A stretch of 39,723 nucleotides of DNA, from the IMG/VR virus record IMGVR_UViG_2537562231_000011; one strand, 5' to 3'. Of this stretch, positions 8,087 to 16,797 are shown in pieces. The notes under the pieces are model-generated. The model was not told where the DNA came from, searched no databases, and was given only the letters and a program-made list of their open reading frames with translations. The stretch comes from a virus. Its lineage: Duplodnaviria > Heunggongvirae > Uroviricota > Caudoviricetes. The position numbers and the translations under genes were made by a program. How positions within the stretch are numbered: the first letter of the stretch is position 1; every line of letters starts with the position of its first letter.

Positions 8087-8271
8087 TTTCTTTTCTTCCT
8101 ATCAATTTGAAATTATTAACTTTTAGTGTTGTCAGCAACCATTGATCCACAATAGACAAAAGAAAGATGTTTTTTTTGCTTTACATGAAGCAGAAGTGGA
8201 TCAATACTTATATCAAACTTGATAACTAAGTTTAGTTATCAAATTTCGTAACTTTTTAGGATAGATGAATC
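8087..8271. promoter_or_regulatory. Divergent early control region (operators and candidate early promoter)
   Basis: AT-rich 185 bp. 10-bp inverted repeat ATTGATCCAC (8141-8150) / GTGGATCAAT (8196-8205). 24-bp near-palindrome TTGATAACTAAG/TTTAGTTATCAA (8219-8242). Candidate -35 TTTACA (8180-8185) and -10 AATACT (8203-8208) with 17-bp spacing. Confidence 0.45.
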
Positions 8272-8502
8272 ATGGCGAGAAATGAAGTTAAGCCTGATTG
8301 GCATCCTCAAAGAATTTTGGGGGAAGTCAGAGCCAGAGAAGGAAGCATGAGGGCGCTGGCCCGTAAAGCTGGCGTGGGTCAGAACAATCTGTACAACGCG
8401 GTATACCGCCATGTTCCCAAGTATGAGGGGATTATCGCGGAATGCCTGGGGGTGCCGCCCGAGGAGATTTGGCCCAGCCGCTACATTCGTAAGGTCGCGT
8501 AA
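8272..8502 (+). CDS. ner: Ner-like DNA-binding regulator
   Basis: 76 aa; similar in length and in motifs (DWH...LS...WP..E.I...L......IWPSRY) to Mu Ner as I recall it; sits directly upstream of transposase A. Confidence 0.8.
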   Translation: MARNEVKPDWHPQRILGEVRAREGSMRALARKAGVGQNNLYNAVYRHVPKYEGIIAECLGVPPEEIWPSRYIRKVA

Positions 8503-8504
8503 TT

Positions 8505-10592
8505 ATGTTTGCTTCAGTTAAAGAACTGGTTGGATTACCGGGGATGCCGGGAACGGAGCAAGGCGTTCGCTATTCAATCAGGAAGTATGCAACCAGCGAA
8601 ACCAGCAGACGCCGCAAGAAAGGCGCTAAAGGTTTTGAATACAGCATTGACTGTTTACCTGAAGTGACACAGCAGGCATTACGCGAACGTTATGCCCTGC
8701 AACTGATGACGCAAAAAGCCGATGAATCACCGGCTCCGGTGGTGACAAAGGCCAGACGCTCACCTGCCGTGGTTGATGCGGTGGAGGCATATCGCGGATC
8801 ACCCCAACTGATGGTCGAACGCCTCAATGCCCTGACTGAAAACCAGCGCCAGGTGGCAGACGCACGCATTGCGATCGTCAGTGAGGTGCTGAAATTCACG
8901 CAACAACCCGGTTTCAGCTGCGCTAAAGCTATCCGGTTCCTCGTTAACAGCCTGGCACGATCACAACTGGACGAGCGCATTGTGGCAATGGTTGAGACGG
9001 CGAACGCCAAAAAGGGAAACAGCCGCGCGTTGAGTGAAATCACGCTGAAACGCTGGATTGCGGCCTTTAACAAGGCACAGAACGCCGCTGAACGCCTGCT
9101 TTTACTGGCACCGGGTAAACGCCAGGAAATAAAAGCCGAAGATATTAACTGGCTGCCCGAATTTCTGGCGCAGTATCGCCAGTCAAACGGCCGACCAATG
9201 ACCGAGGCTTACGAGGATTTTGTTGCTGAATGGCAGCACCGGCACGCTGATGAGCCTTATATGCTCGATATCATGCCCTCTTATGACACCATTCGCCGCG
9301 CAATGAAGAAACTGCCGGAAGTGGTGAAACAAAAAGGCCGGGTAACTGGCAGTGAATACCGTCAGCTTGAGGGATTCACGCGCCGCGACTGGTCCAGAAT
9401 GCCGGTGAATTATGTCTGGATTGGTGACGGTCACGGCATGAAGCTGAAATGCGCGCACCCGGTTCACGGGCGGCCATTCGCACCGGAAGTGACCTTTGTT
9501 ATCGACGGTGGCACGCGCTTTGTGGTGGGCTGGAGCCTTGACCTGGCTGAAAATGTTTTCGCCGTAGCCGGTGCCATACAGCACGGTATTCGCCATCATG
9601 GCAAACCGTTTCTGTATTACTCGGATAATGGCTCCGGGGAAACCGCCGACGTCCTGGATAAGGAGATTGTGGGGATACTGCCACGACTGGGGATTAATCA
9701 CCCGACAGGGATTGCCGGTAATCCGCAGGGACGGGGCATTATCGAACGGCTTAACCGCACATTACCGATGCGCATAGCCCGTAAATACCGCACCTATTTC
9801 GGGAAAGGAGCAGATCGCGAGACGTTACGTAAAACCAACCGCGATTTACGCTCGGCATTCAGTGCCCTGCAACAGGGCAAACGGCTGAACGCCCGGCAGC
9901 AGTCAGCGATGCGTGATTTACCGTCCTGGTCTGAACTGATTGATGCCATTCGTGACGGTGTTGAGTGGTACAACAACCGGCCGCACGATGAATTACCCAT
10001 GAAGCCGAACGGTAAACATTACAGCCCGGCGGAGTTCAGAAAAAAACGCCTGGCGGAAGAGGACACGGAAATTGAATGGCTGTCCGATGTTGAACTGCGG
10101 GATATGTTCCGGCCGATGGTGGAGCGCCCTGTAAGACGCTGTGAAATACGCTGGCTGAATAATATTTACTACGCGCCCGAGCTGCGTGACGAGCATGGCC
10201 GTAAGGTACTTATCAGCTATGACATTCATGATGCCGAACGAATTACCGTGCGCCGCCCGGATGGCAGCGTGATTTGCGAGGCGGTATGGGACGGCAATAA
10301 ACGCGAAGCCTTCCCTGTCAGCGCGGAATACTACAAACAGCAGCAGCGCCTTAAAGGCATGCGTAAACGCGCAGAGGAAAAAATCCGTGATGCCGAGGAT
10401 GAGGTTGTCAACGTGCTGGAGCACAAGCCGCAGGAGCCCTGGCTGGAAAACATATACCGCCCTGTGGGTAATACGGTGACCGTTCAGCAACCGGTCGCTG
10501 ACGATGAACCTGATGAAGAATACGAGCGTAATTTCCAGCGGGGATTGCAACTGCTCGAAGCGAAATTAAAAGAAAGTGATCCGCTGGCCTGA
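8505..10592 (+). CDS. A: DDE transposase, MuA-like
   Basis: 695 aa (Mu A is ~663). Catalytic-core-like motifs WIGDGHG, YYSDNGSGE and ERLNRTLP in the order expected for the D, D, E triad. Confidence 0.9.
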   Translation: MFASVKELVGLPGMPGTEQGVRYSIRKYATSETSRRRKKGAKGFEYSIDCLPEVTQQALRERYALQLMTQKADESPAPVVTKARRSPAVVDAVEAYRGSPQLMVERLNALTENQRQVADARIAIVSEVLKFTQQPGFSCAKAIRFLVNSLARSQLDERIVAMVETANAKKGNSRALSEITLKRWIAAFNKAQNAAERLLLLAPGKRQEIKAEDINWLPEFLAQYRQSNGRPMTEAYEDFVAEWQHRHADEPYMLDIMPSYDTIRRAMKKLPEVVKQKGRVTGSEYRQLEGFTRRDWSRMPVNYVWIGDGHGMKLKCAHPVHGRPFAPEVTFVIDGGTRFVVGWSLDLAENVFAVAGAIQHGIRHHGKPFLYYSDNGSGETADVLDKEIVGILPRLGINHPTGIAGNPQGRGIIERLNRTLPMRIARKYRTYFGKGADRETLRKTNRDLRSAFSALQQGKRLNARQQSAMRDLPSWSELIDAIRDGVEWYNNRPHDELPMKPNGKHYSPAEFRKKRLAEEDTEIEWLSDVELRDMFRPMVERPVRRCEIRWLNNIYYAPELRDEHGRKVLISYDIHDAERITVRRPDGSVICEAVWDGNKREAFPVSAEYYKQQQRLKGMRKRAEEKIRDAEDEVVNVLEHKPQEPWLENIYRPVGNTVTVQQPVADDEPDEEYERNFQRGLQLLEAKLKESDPLA

Positions 10593-10673
10593 AATAAAAA
10601 ATAACCCGAGGGGTGACTCAGGTTATTTGAGGTTTCAGTCTCGGAGAATGCTGTCTCAAGCGAGGTGAATAAT

Positions 10674-11606
10674 ATGACCGATATTAACGATGTAATCAAG
10701 ACCATTGATGAACTTATTGATGGCGGCGTACTGACGCAGTATGCCATCGCCAGAGAGGCGGGAATTTCCGACGGCACATTATCGGCTTTCCGTAAGGGAA
10801 AATATAAAGGCGATAACGCTGCTGTGGCTGCTTCCCTGCGCTCCTGGTATGAGAACTGGAATAAACAAAGCGCACTGCCGGAACCGCCGCAGTTTGTGGA
10901 AACTCAGACAGTCCAGGAGCTGCGCGCACTGTTTCAGGCGGTTCGCCTGATGGGCTGTATTAACGTTATTGTGGGCGTACCGGGTGTGGGTAAAACGGCC
11001 ACTGCCCGTAATTACTGCCAGGAGCAACCAAACACCTGGATGATCACCCTGTCACCCGCGCACTCCAGCGTCACGGAGTGTCTGCTGGAGCTGGCCGATG
11101 CGCTGGGGATTGATTACACCCGCGCGAACAAAGGGGCATTATCCCGCGCCATCCGCCGTCGCCTGATGGGAACGCGTGGACTGGTGATTGTGGATGAGGC
11201 GGATCATCTTGGTATTGACGGTCTGGAGCAACTCCGGGCAATTCAGGACGCCACGGGGATCGGGATGGTGCTTATTGGTAACCCGCGCGGATTGTTTAAA
11301 GGTGGACGCCGCGCCTTTGATGATTTATCGCGCCTGTTCAGCCGTCTTGCCCGTACAAAACAACTTCGCAAGGCCAAAAAGGCGGATGTGCTGGCCATTG
11401 CCATGGCGTGGGGGATCAGTGGTGAGGCCGAGCTGGCCGTCATGCAGGCTATCGCTGAAAAGCCGGGAGCGTTACGCGTTCTGACACATACGCTTAACCA
11501 GGCGTGGCTCACCGCCAGCGGTGAAGGCGCGGCGCTGACAGAAAAACATATTAATGCGGCCTTTAAAGAGGTTTATACCAACCCTGAATTACTCTCACAG
11601 GTGTGA
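10674..11606 (+). CDS. B: Transposition ATPase / target DNA activator, MuB-like
   Basis: ATG at 10674 with GAGGTG ribosome-binding site (track starts at GTG 10665). Walker A GVPGVGKT and Walker B VIVDEADHL; close collinear match to Mu B as I recall it (EPPQFVETQT, KPGALR). Confidence 0.85.
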   Translation: MTDINDVIKTIDELIDGGVLTQYAIAREAGISDGTLSAFRKGKYKGDNAAVAASLRSWYENWNKQSALPEPPQFVETQTVQELRALFQAVRLMGCINVIVGVPGVGKTATARNYCQEQPNTWMITLSPAHSSVTECLLELADALGIDYTRANKGALSRAIRRRLMGTRGLVIVDEADHLGIDGLEQLRAIQDATGIGMVLIGNPRGLFKGGRRAFDDLSRLFSRLARTKQLRKAKKADVLAIAMAWGISGEAELAVMQAIAEKPGALRVLTHTLNQAWLTASGEGAALTEKHINAAFKEVYTNPELLSQV

Positions 11607-11608
11607 TT

Positions 11609-11830
11609 ATGGCGGTATTTAATATTCCTGATATTTACGGACGCTTTTACCTGGTTAATTTCGATAACGTGAAGGTGATTTCACTGGCCGAAAATAAAGA
11701 ATGTGGCGATTTACTTTTTGAATTTAATGACCGCACACGAATGGTGATATCTGCCGGACTTGATCGCGAAGGTGCGACAGAAGTTTACAGCGGAATATGC
11801 CGTTCTGTTGGTGCGAAACAAGTCAGCTAA
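11609..11830 (+). CDS. Hypothetical early protein
   Basis: 73 codons from ATG 11609 directly after the B stop; co-directional in the early operon. No recognisable domain. Confidence 0.35.
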   Translation: MAVFNIPDIYGRFYLVNFDNVKVISLAENKECGDLLFEFNDRTRMVISAGLDREGATEVYSGICRSVGAKQVS

Positions 11831-11842
11831 ATGAGGTGTTAT

Positions 11843-12097
11843 ATGAATATGCAATCCTGCGGTAACAAAATGAATTTATTCGACTCCCTGAACAGCGCGC
11901 GCCGTCTGACCGAACTTGCCGGTGCGGTACTGGAACGCAGTAAGCGCTATCCGCAACGTTTTGCACTGAAAACCACGCCGCCGGTAGGCAACGTGCAGGG
12001 AACCGGTGAAATTGAAATCACCATACAGACCAACGGCCTGCGCCGCCGTGTGAAGGCCACCCGCATCAGCGGCTGCACGGTTTACTGGGAGGTGTGA
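11843..12097 (+). CDS. Hypothetical early protein
   Basis: ATG at 11843 preceded by GAGGTG; 84 codons. No recognisable domain. Confidence 0.35.
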   Translation: MNMQSCGNKMNLFDSLNSARRLTELAGAVLERSKRYPQRFALKTTPPVGNVQGTGEIEITIQTNGLRRRVKATRISGCTVYWEV

Positions 12098-12172
12098 GGT
12101 GAAAAAAATCTCATTGCATGGGCGTGGTCGAGTGGTCTTATTGAGTTTGGTTACGTCCTGCCGGAAGGTGCA

Positions 12173-12379
12173 TTGCCGATAGTTGCCGGAAAGCCTGCCA
12201 CGGTACGGCATGTGATTGAGGTTATGGCGCGTCATGGACGTGATGAACAGGAGCAGTTACTGGTTCCGGGGATACCGGAAGCGGTGACGGAGGAAGAAGC
12301 CTTTAATGCCATGATTCGGTTCTGCCGTGAGGTTAGACGCCGGGTCAGTTATCCAAACAGAACGAGGACCAGAGGATGA
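12173..12379 (+). CDS. Hypothetical early protein (start uncertain; frame open from 12098)
   Basis: Co-directional ORF ending 4 bp inside the next gene; only non-ATG start candidates. Confidence 0.3.
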   Translation: MPIVAGKPATVRHVIEVMARHGRDEQEQLLVPGIPEAVTEEEAFNAMIRFCREVRRRVSYPNRTRTRG

Positions 12380-12648
12380 GTAAAGTCGTACGCATTATTT
12401 TCGAATACAAGGAAGATGTTATCTGCAAAAACTCTGATGGCAGCACGCACAGAGGGGTAAGTCTGGATATACGTTCAACCGGAATAAAGAAGAAAGATAA
12501 TGGACCCGCCATGATTTTTGGGGTGGTTATGCTGGCAGAAAGCAGAAACTTCGCAGAGTTTGTGGCAATGAAAGCCAGTGCATTCATGAAAGACAGAGGC
12601 ATGGCTTCCGGGGTTATTAACGGTAATGAATTTAATCAACAGGGGTAA
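12376..12648 (+). CDS. Hypothetical small protein, tandem paralogue 1 (MSKVVRIIFEYK...)
   Basis: ATG with AGAGG ribosome-binding site; visibly AT-rich sequence; N-terminus similar to the next ORF. Confidence 0.45.
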   Translation: MSKVVRIIFEYKEDVICKNSDGSTHRGVSLDIRSTGIKKKDNGPAMIFGVVMLAESRNFAEFVAMKASAFMKDRGMASGVINGNEFNQQG

Positions 12649-12652
12649 TTCC

Positions 12653-12946
12653 ATGAGCAAAGTACGCGTTATTTTTGAATTTAATCATGTTTCGCATGAC
12701 GAAAAGTTGGCAGGCAATGACTGTGTTGAAGTGCATGAAAAGATTGGAGTGGATGTGAAAACAGAACGTGATACGGATAACAGGCCGACGTCACTCTGTG
12801 ACGTTTATGCAAGTATTCTCCAGTATCACAGTCCTGCAATTATTCAGTTTCTCTCAGCGGAATTTCAGGCATCTGCACAGTCTTTTGGAGCGGATGCCAT
12901 CATTAAACGCCACCGCGTGCATAAAGCATCAGGCACACTGCAATAA
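12653..12946 (+). CDS. Hypothetical small protein, tandem paralogue 2 (MSKVRVIFEFNH...)
   Basis: ATG at 12653 with AGGGG ribosome-binding site; same N-terminal motif as the preceding ORF. Confidence 0.45.
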   Translation: MSKVRVIFEFNHVSHDEKLAGNDCVEVHEKIGVDVKTERDTDNRPTSLCDVYASILQYHSPAIIQFLSAEFQASAQSFGADAIIKRHRVHKASGTLQ

Positions 12947-12957
12947 GGAAAAACAAA

Positions 12958-13488
12958 ATGGCTAAACGCGTTACAAAATTAAAGGCCGCAGCCGAGGCGG
13001 CACCGCAGACCCGGGAAGAAGTCAGCCGTGATATCCGCACCCTGGGAGATATTCAGCGAGAGGCGCTGCGCCTGGAAACGGCGATGAATGACGAAGTGGC
13101 AGAAATCACCGCCCGTTATACGCCGCAGATTGAAAATCTTAAAAAGCAAATCAAAGTGCTTTTTAAAGGGATTCAGGACTGGTGCAAAACCAACCGTGAT
13201 GAGCTGACGAACGGCGGCAAAACCAAAACAGCCAATCTGACCACCGGAACGGTGTCATGGCGGCTGGGAACGCCATCATGCAGCGTCAGCCGTGATGTGG
13301 AAGGTGTGATTGAAATGCTGCGCCGTATGGGGCTTGAGCGTTTCATCCGCACGAAAGAGGAAGTGAACAAGGAAGCCGTCCTGGCGGAGCCGGATGCTGT
13401 GAAAGGCATTGCCGGTATCAAGGTGAATAAAGGCGCTGAAAGTTTTTATGTCGAGCCTTTTGAACAGGACGCCGGACTGAATAAATAA
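12958..13488 (+). CDS. gam: Host-nuclease inhibitor Gam (Mu Gam-like DNA-end-binding protein)
   Basis: 176 aa; motifs shared with Mu Gam as I recall it (NRDELTNGGKTKTANLTTGTVSWR, LERFIRTKEEVNKEA, FEQDAG). Confidence 0.85.
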   Translation: MAKRVTKLKAAAEAAPQTREEVSRDIRTLGDIQREALRLETAMNDEVAEITARYTPQIENLKKQIKVLFKGIQDWCKTNRDELTNGGKTKTANLTTGTVSWRLGTPSCSVSRDVEGVIEMLRRMGLERFIRTKEEVNKEAVLAEPDAVKGIAGIKVNKGAESFYVEPFEQDAGLNK

Positions 13489-13633
13489 CACCACATTAAT
13501 CAATTAAATATCACTTCATTTTAATTATGGCGCTCGCGTCAGGGGACTGCTTGCGCCTGAAAACAGAAAATAAGGGTTAAGAAATATGAAATACGTTTAT
13601 ATCGTCATTAATAATGTGGTGGGGAAATAAATC

Positions 13634-14167
13634 ATGATTGATGCAAAAGTGCTTGAAGGGGTTAAAAACTGGCTGTGTATTTATGGCCGCCTGACCTGCG
13701 GTGTACTGGCTGAAAAAATGAATATGCCGCCATCCTCCATGGTTTATTTTTTGCGTGATGCGGTTGATGCAGGCGTGCTGACGGAATGTAACGGTTTTTA
13801 TGATATTCCGCGCCCCCGCCCGGTGCAGCCGGTTCGTCGCAAATGCAGCCAGGAATCTGCGGCTGATGATGTTCAGTGGTGCGGCTTCAGAAAATCCCTG
13901 CCATGGATTGAGGGGCATGATATTCCGTCGATGGCGTGGGAATTTGCTCAGGGCGTTCTGACCTGTGAAACCGTTTATGTGGTGGCTGAAGTTGATGAGC
14001 AGGCCATGAAAGAAGGCGTGCCCCAGTTTGTGATGGCGTATATCGACATACGCCTGGGCGTCATTATCTGCGGTTTAAGCGGCTGGAATATCACTGAACA
14101 TGTTCTGCGCTACCTGATTGTTGACCGGACAGCAGCGCCTGCCGGGATATCTGCGGAGGTGGCGTAA
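13634..14167 (+). CDS. Hypothetical protein (177 aa)
   Basis: Co-directional ORF after an AT-rich 145-bp gap; no recognisable domain. Confidence 0.4.
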   Translation: MIDAKVLEGVKNWLCIYGRLTCGVLAEKMNMPPSSMVYFLRDAVDAGVLTECNGFYDIPRPRPVQPVRRKCSQESAADDVQWCGFRKSLPWIEGHDIPSMAWEFAQGVLTCETVYVVAEVDEQAMKEGVPQFVMAYIDIRLGVIICGLSGWNITEHVLRYLIVDRTAAPAGISAEVA

Positions 14168-14682
14168 TGTTCTTTAAAACATCAAACCCTTCCGCGCTGG
14201 CTGCGTGGCAAAAATACCAGCAGGACTGCCAGAAAGTTAAGGATGAGGCAAAACGCCTTGAGGCCGTGCTGAATGTTGCGTGCCGGTCGGTATTTGTATC
14301 CGGTATCAGTGGATTTTACTTTAAGGGACTGCGTTTTACGGAGGACAAATATCCTTTTCATCGCGACTTATGGCGAAAACCGACTGCGTCGAATGGCTGG
14401 AGCTGCACACCGCGCACATCACGTATCCCTAAAACCCTGCGTGTTGCCTCTGATGAACTGAACAGTCTGTGGCGTGAATATTCGCCCGTCACGTATGCCA
14501 GAACCGATGCGCTGTTGTTCTGGTTGGGTATTGATTTCTCGGCAATCCTGTTTGGCCCTGTGAAGTGGTTCTGCGTTGACGATGTGATTTACCTTCAGTG
14601 CGGCGTAAAACCCGCAAAACAGAAAATGACCGAAATACTGTCTGATGAGTTTTATGCTGCTGAAAAGCGAGTCAGGGGGTGA
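14167..14682 (+). CDS. Hypothetical protein (171 aa)
   Basis: Start overlaps upstream stop (TAATG); no recognisable domain. Confidence 0.4.
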   Translation: MFFKTSNPSALAAWQKYQQDCQKVKDEAKRLEAVLNVACRSVFVSGISGFYFKGLRFTEDKYPFHRDLWRKPTASNGWSCTPRTSRIPKTLRVASDELNSLWREYSPVTYARTDALLFWLGIDFSAILFGPVKWFCVDDVIYLQCGVKPAKQKMTEILSDEFYAAEKRVRG

Positions 14683-14685
14683 TGC

Positions 14686-15237
14686 ATGATGAAATTACAA
14701 CCCATGGGACTAAAAGGTCGCGCCCCCGCTCATGTCCGTCCGTGGACACCTGAAGAAGATGCGCTGCTGATTGCGCTTTATTCATCCACCCCGGTTAAGG
14801 ATATTGCTGCCAGAATAAAAAGAACTGTCTGGGCTGTATATAACCGGACTGGTGTATTGCGCAGTTCATACCCGGAGTTACTGAAATATAAACACCCAAG
14901 ATTTACACCTGATGAAGATAAGTTTATTCGAAAAAATGCCAGAACAATGACCTGCCAGCAAATGGGAGAATATCTCGGACGTAATAAAGATTCTGTCAGA
15001 TGTCGGGCAGGAATGATTGGTGCTGGATTAACAAAGTGCGGAGAGTTACGCCCCGGCACGCGCATATCTGATGATGATGTACGTCTTATACGTGAGCTGC
15101 GTGATTCCGATTACCCACGCCGTCTGTCATTCCGGGAAATTGGCGAAAAGTTTGGAATATCTGAACATTCTGCTCACGCAGTTTATTACCGTCGCCGGAC
15201 TGCCGAGGACGCTGTATTACGGGAGTTAACGCCATGA
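14686..15237 (+). CDS. Hypothetical protein with three HTH / Myb-like repeats; putative DNA-binding
   Basis: Three ~45-aa repeats beginning WTPEEDALL, FTPDEDKFI and ISDDDVRLI, each followed by a helix-turn-helix-like stretch. Confidence 0.4.
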   Translation: MMKLQPMGLKGRAPAHVRPWTPEEDALLIALYSSTPVKDIAARIKRTVWAVYNRTGVLRSSYPELLKYKHPRFTPDEDKFIRKNARTMTCQQMGEYLGRNKDSVRCRAGMIGAGLTKCGELRPGTRISDDDVRLIRELRDSDYPRRLSFREIGEKFGISEHSAHAVYYRRRTAEDAVLRELTP

Positions 15238-15566
15238 TAACGACCTTATTTGTTGAATCAGATGAACCTCTTGTGTGTGCCGCCGGAATGCCGCTCTGTG
15301 GCGGAACGCTGACCGGCGTTTATTTCGGGGATTTGCGCGGTTATCCCTGGCATTCACTGGATGACGCATTTCCGCCTGATATGGAGGCTGTCGTGCTGAT
15401 TGTTCAGTATGGTGACCAACAGGAACTGCGCATCGGCCATATGGGGTATGAAGGCTTTTTTATTGATGAAGAAACCGGAGCCTGCCTTGAAGATGAGGAC
15501 GGACAGGTGACGCACTGGTGCCATCTTTCGGCCTTGCCGGAATTACAGGGGATACATAATGGATGA
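15234..15566 (+). CDS. DUF551-like phage protein
   Basis: 110 aa with W..L.D..PP...V...Q.....VTHW..L..LPE pattern as in the enterobacterial prophage DUF551 family. Confidence 0.45.
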   Translation: MITTLFVESDEPLVCAAGMPLCGGTLTGVYFGDLRGYPWHSLDDAFPPDMEAVVLIVQYGDQQELRIGHMGYEGFFIDEETGACLEDEDGQVTHWCHLSALPELQGIHNG

Positions 15567-15702
15567 GCAAATTGTTGAATGTCCCACCTGTGGAAATGAG
15601 GACCCGGAGTATCTGAAAGAGTGCCCACATTGTGGTGAGATAAAATGTAACCACTGCGATATGGGCGACGACACTGCATGTATAAATTGTGAGGATGAAT
15701 AA
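15559..15702 (+). CDS. Small zinc-ribbon protein (47 aa, four CxxC pairs)
   Basis: Own translation: MDEQIVECPTCGNEDPEYLKECPHCGEIKCNHCDMGDDTACINCEDE. Below the ORF-track length cut-off; start overlaps upstream gene. Confidence 0.4.
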   Translation: MDEQIVECPTCGNEDPEYLKECPHCGEIKCNHCDMGDDTACINCEDE

Positions 15703-15703
15703 T

Positions 15704-15991
15704 ATGGAAAAAGAAATCAAATTTGCGCCTAAATCTATCGACGAAGAACTGGCTAAAATCGGCATGCTTGAACGTATGCGGGACATTATCGAATATGCGA
15801 TAAAAGAAAATCTTGCAGCCAGAGAAGCCCTTTTGATAATGGAGCGGGAGATTAACCTGATTAAGGATGCTGTATCTCTGGATAATAAAATAGCCCGCGA
15901 GGAATACGTTCGCCGTAGGCTCGGTGTTGATGGTTCAGCAATTCTTACATCTGAACATTATGCAAAAATTTTTAATCTTTTTCAGCGGTAA
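15704..15991 (+). CDS. Hypothetical small protein (95 aa, predicted helical)
   Basis: ATG at 15704 two bases after the previous stop; AT-rich; 3' end overlaps the convergent minus-strand gene. Confidence 0.4.
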   Translation: MEKEIKFAPKSIDEELAKIGMLERMRDIIEYAIKENLAAREALLIMEREINLIKDAVSLDNKIAREEYVRRRLGVDGSAILTSEHYAKIFNLFQR

Positions 15992-16211
15992 TCCCCATAC
16001 AGGCCCGGAGATTGTCGAAATGCCAGTCGGTATTAATATATGAGCCATCCTGGATATCTTCTGCATTTTCCGGGGTAGAGTTTTTTTGAGCGAGATTGAT
16101 AATATGTATTGCCTCCTCACGGGAAATCAGCCCCTTATCGAACAGGGTTACCATAAGATTTCCAGCCATTGTGAATGCGGCAACATCAAGTGCATTTTTT
16201 ATATCTGACAT
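15972..16211 (-). CDS. Hypothetical small protein (79 aa), antisense to the early operon
   Basis: Minus-strand ORF with AAGGA-type ribosome-binding site ahead of its ATG; the only credible minus-strand gene inside the unidirectional block; AT-rich. Confidence 0.4.
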   Translation of the reverse strand: MSDIKNALDVAAFTMAGNLMVTLFDKGLISREEAIHIINLAQKNSTPENAEDIQDGSYINTDWHFDNLRACMGITAEKD

Positions 16212-16239
16212 AGATTTTTCCTTTTATGTTAATTGACAT

Positions 16240-16268
16240 GGCGGTGCGGTAACACCGCCCATTTTTTA
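16240..16268 (+). terminator. Rho-independent terminator (GGCGGTG-CGGTAA-CACCGCC then ATTTTTTAT)
   Basis: Perfect 7-bp GC-rich stem followed by T-run, 14 bp upstream of the GemA-like gene. Confidence 0.55.
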
Positions 16269-16281
16269 TGGAGCCACGATA

Positions 16282-16794
16282 ATGAATCGCGCTTCCCTGA
16301 TTACCTTAATACATGTCGCAAAACGCGATCTACAGCTTGACCATGATACCTATACATCCGCGCTGCTGGCAGCCACCGGCAAATCCAGTTGCCGTGATAT
16401 GTCACCCGGTGAGTTATCCCGCGTGCTGGATGTTTTCAAAAAACGCGGTTTTAAAGTGCGTCAGAAGCCGGTTAACCGGGCCTTAAAACCGGGTACGGTG
16501 ACCGCCAAAATTCGCGCCATCTGGAAAGTGATGCACCGGCAGGGATTTATCTCTGATGGCGGGGAAACGGCCCTTAACCGCTGGGTGAAATCGCAGACGG
16601 CCGCGCAGAACGACGGCGAAGGTGTGGCTAACTGGCAGTGGCTGGAGCAACAACCCGCGCTGGCCTCTGATGTGCTGGAGCGTCTCAAACGCTGGCACCG
16701 CCGCAAAATGCTGGCAGCCCTGGATATGTCGGAACGTGCAGTGATGAGTTATGAGCGTGTTTGCAGGCTGTATGAAAAATCATTCCCCCGTTAA
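16282..16794 (+). CDS. GemA-like regulatory protein (Mu gp16 / DUF1018)
   Basis: 170 aa; N-terminal LITLIHVAKRDLQLDHDTY...TGKSS motif typical of the family; position before the Mor/C activator. Confidence 0.65.
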   Translation: MNRASLITLIHVAKRDLQLDHDTYTSALLAATGKSSCRDMSPGELSRVLDVFKKRGFKVRQKPVNRALKPGTVTAKIRAIWKVMHRQGFISDGGETALNRWVKSQTAAQNDGEGVANWQWLEQQPALASDVLERLKRWHRRKMLAALDMSERAVMSYERVCRLYEKSFPR

Positions 16795-16797
16795 CCC

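Noticed and set aside
13577-13631. A 14-codon ORF (MKYVYIVINNVVGK) in the AT-rich gap after gam as a leader peptide
   Set aside because: Too short and without a clear ribosome-binding site or an associated attenuator structure.
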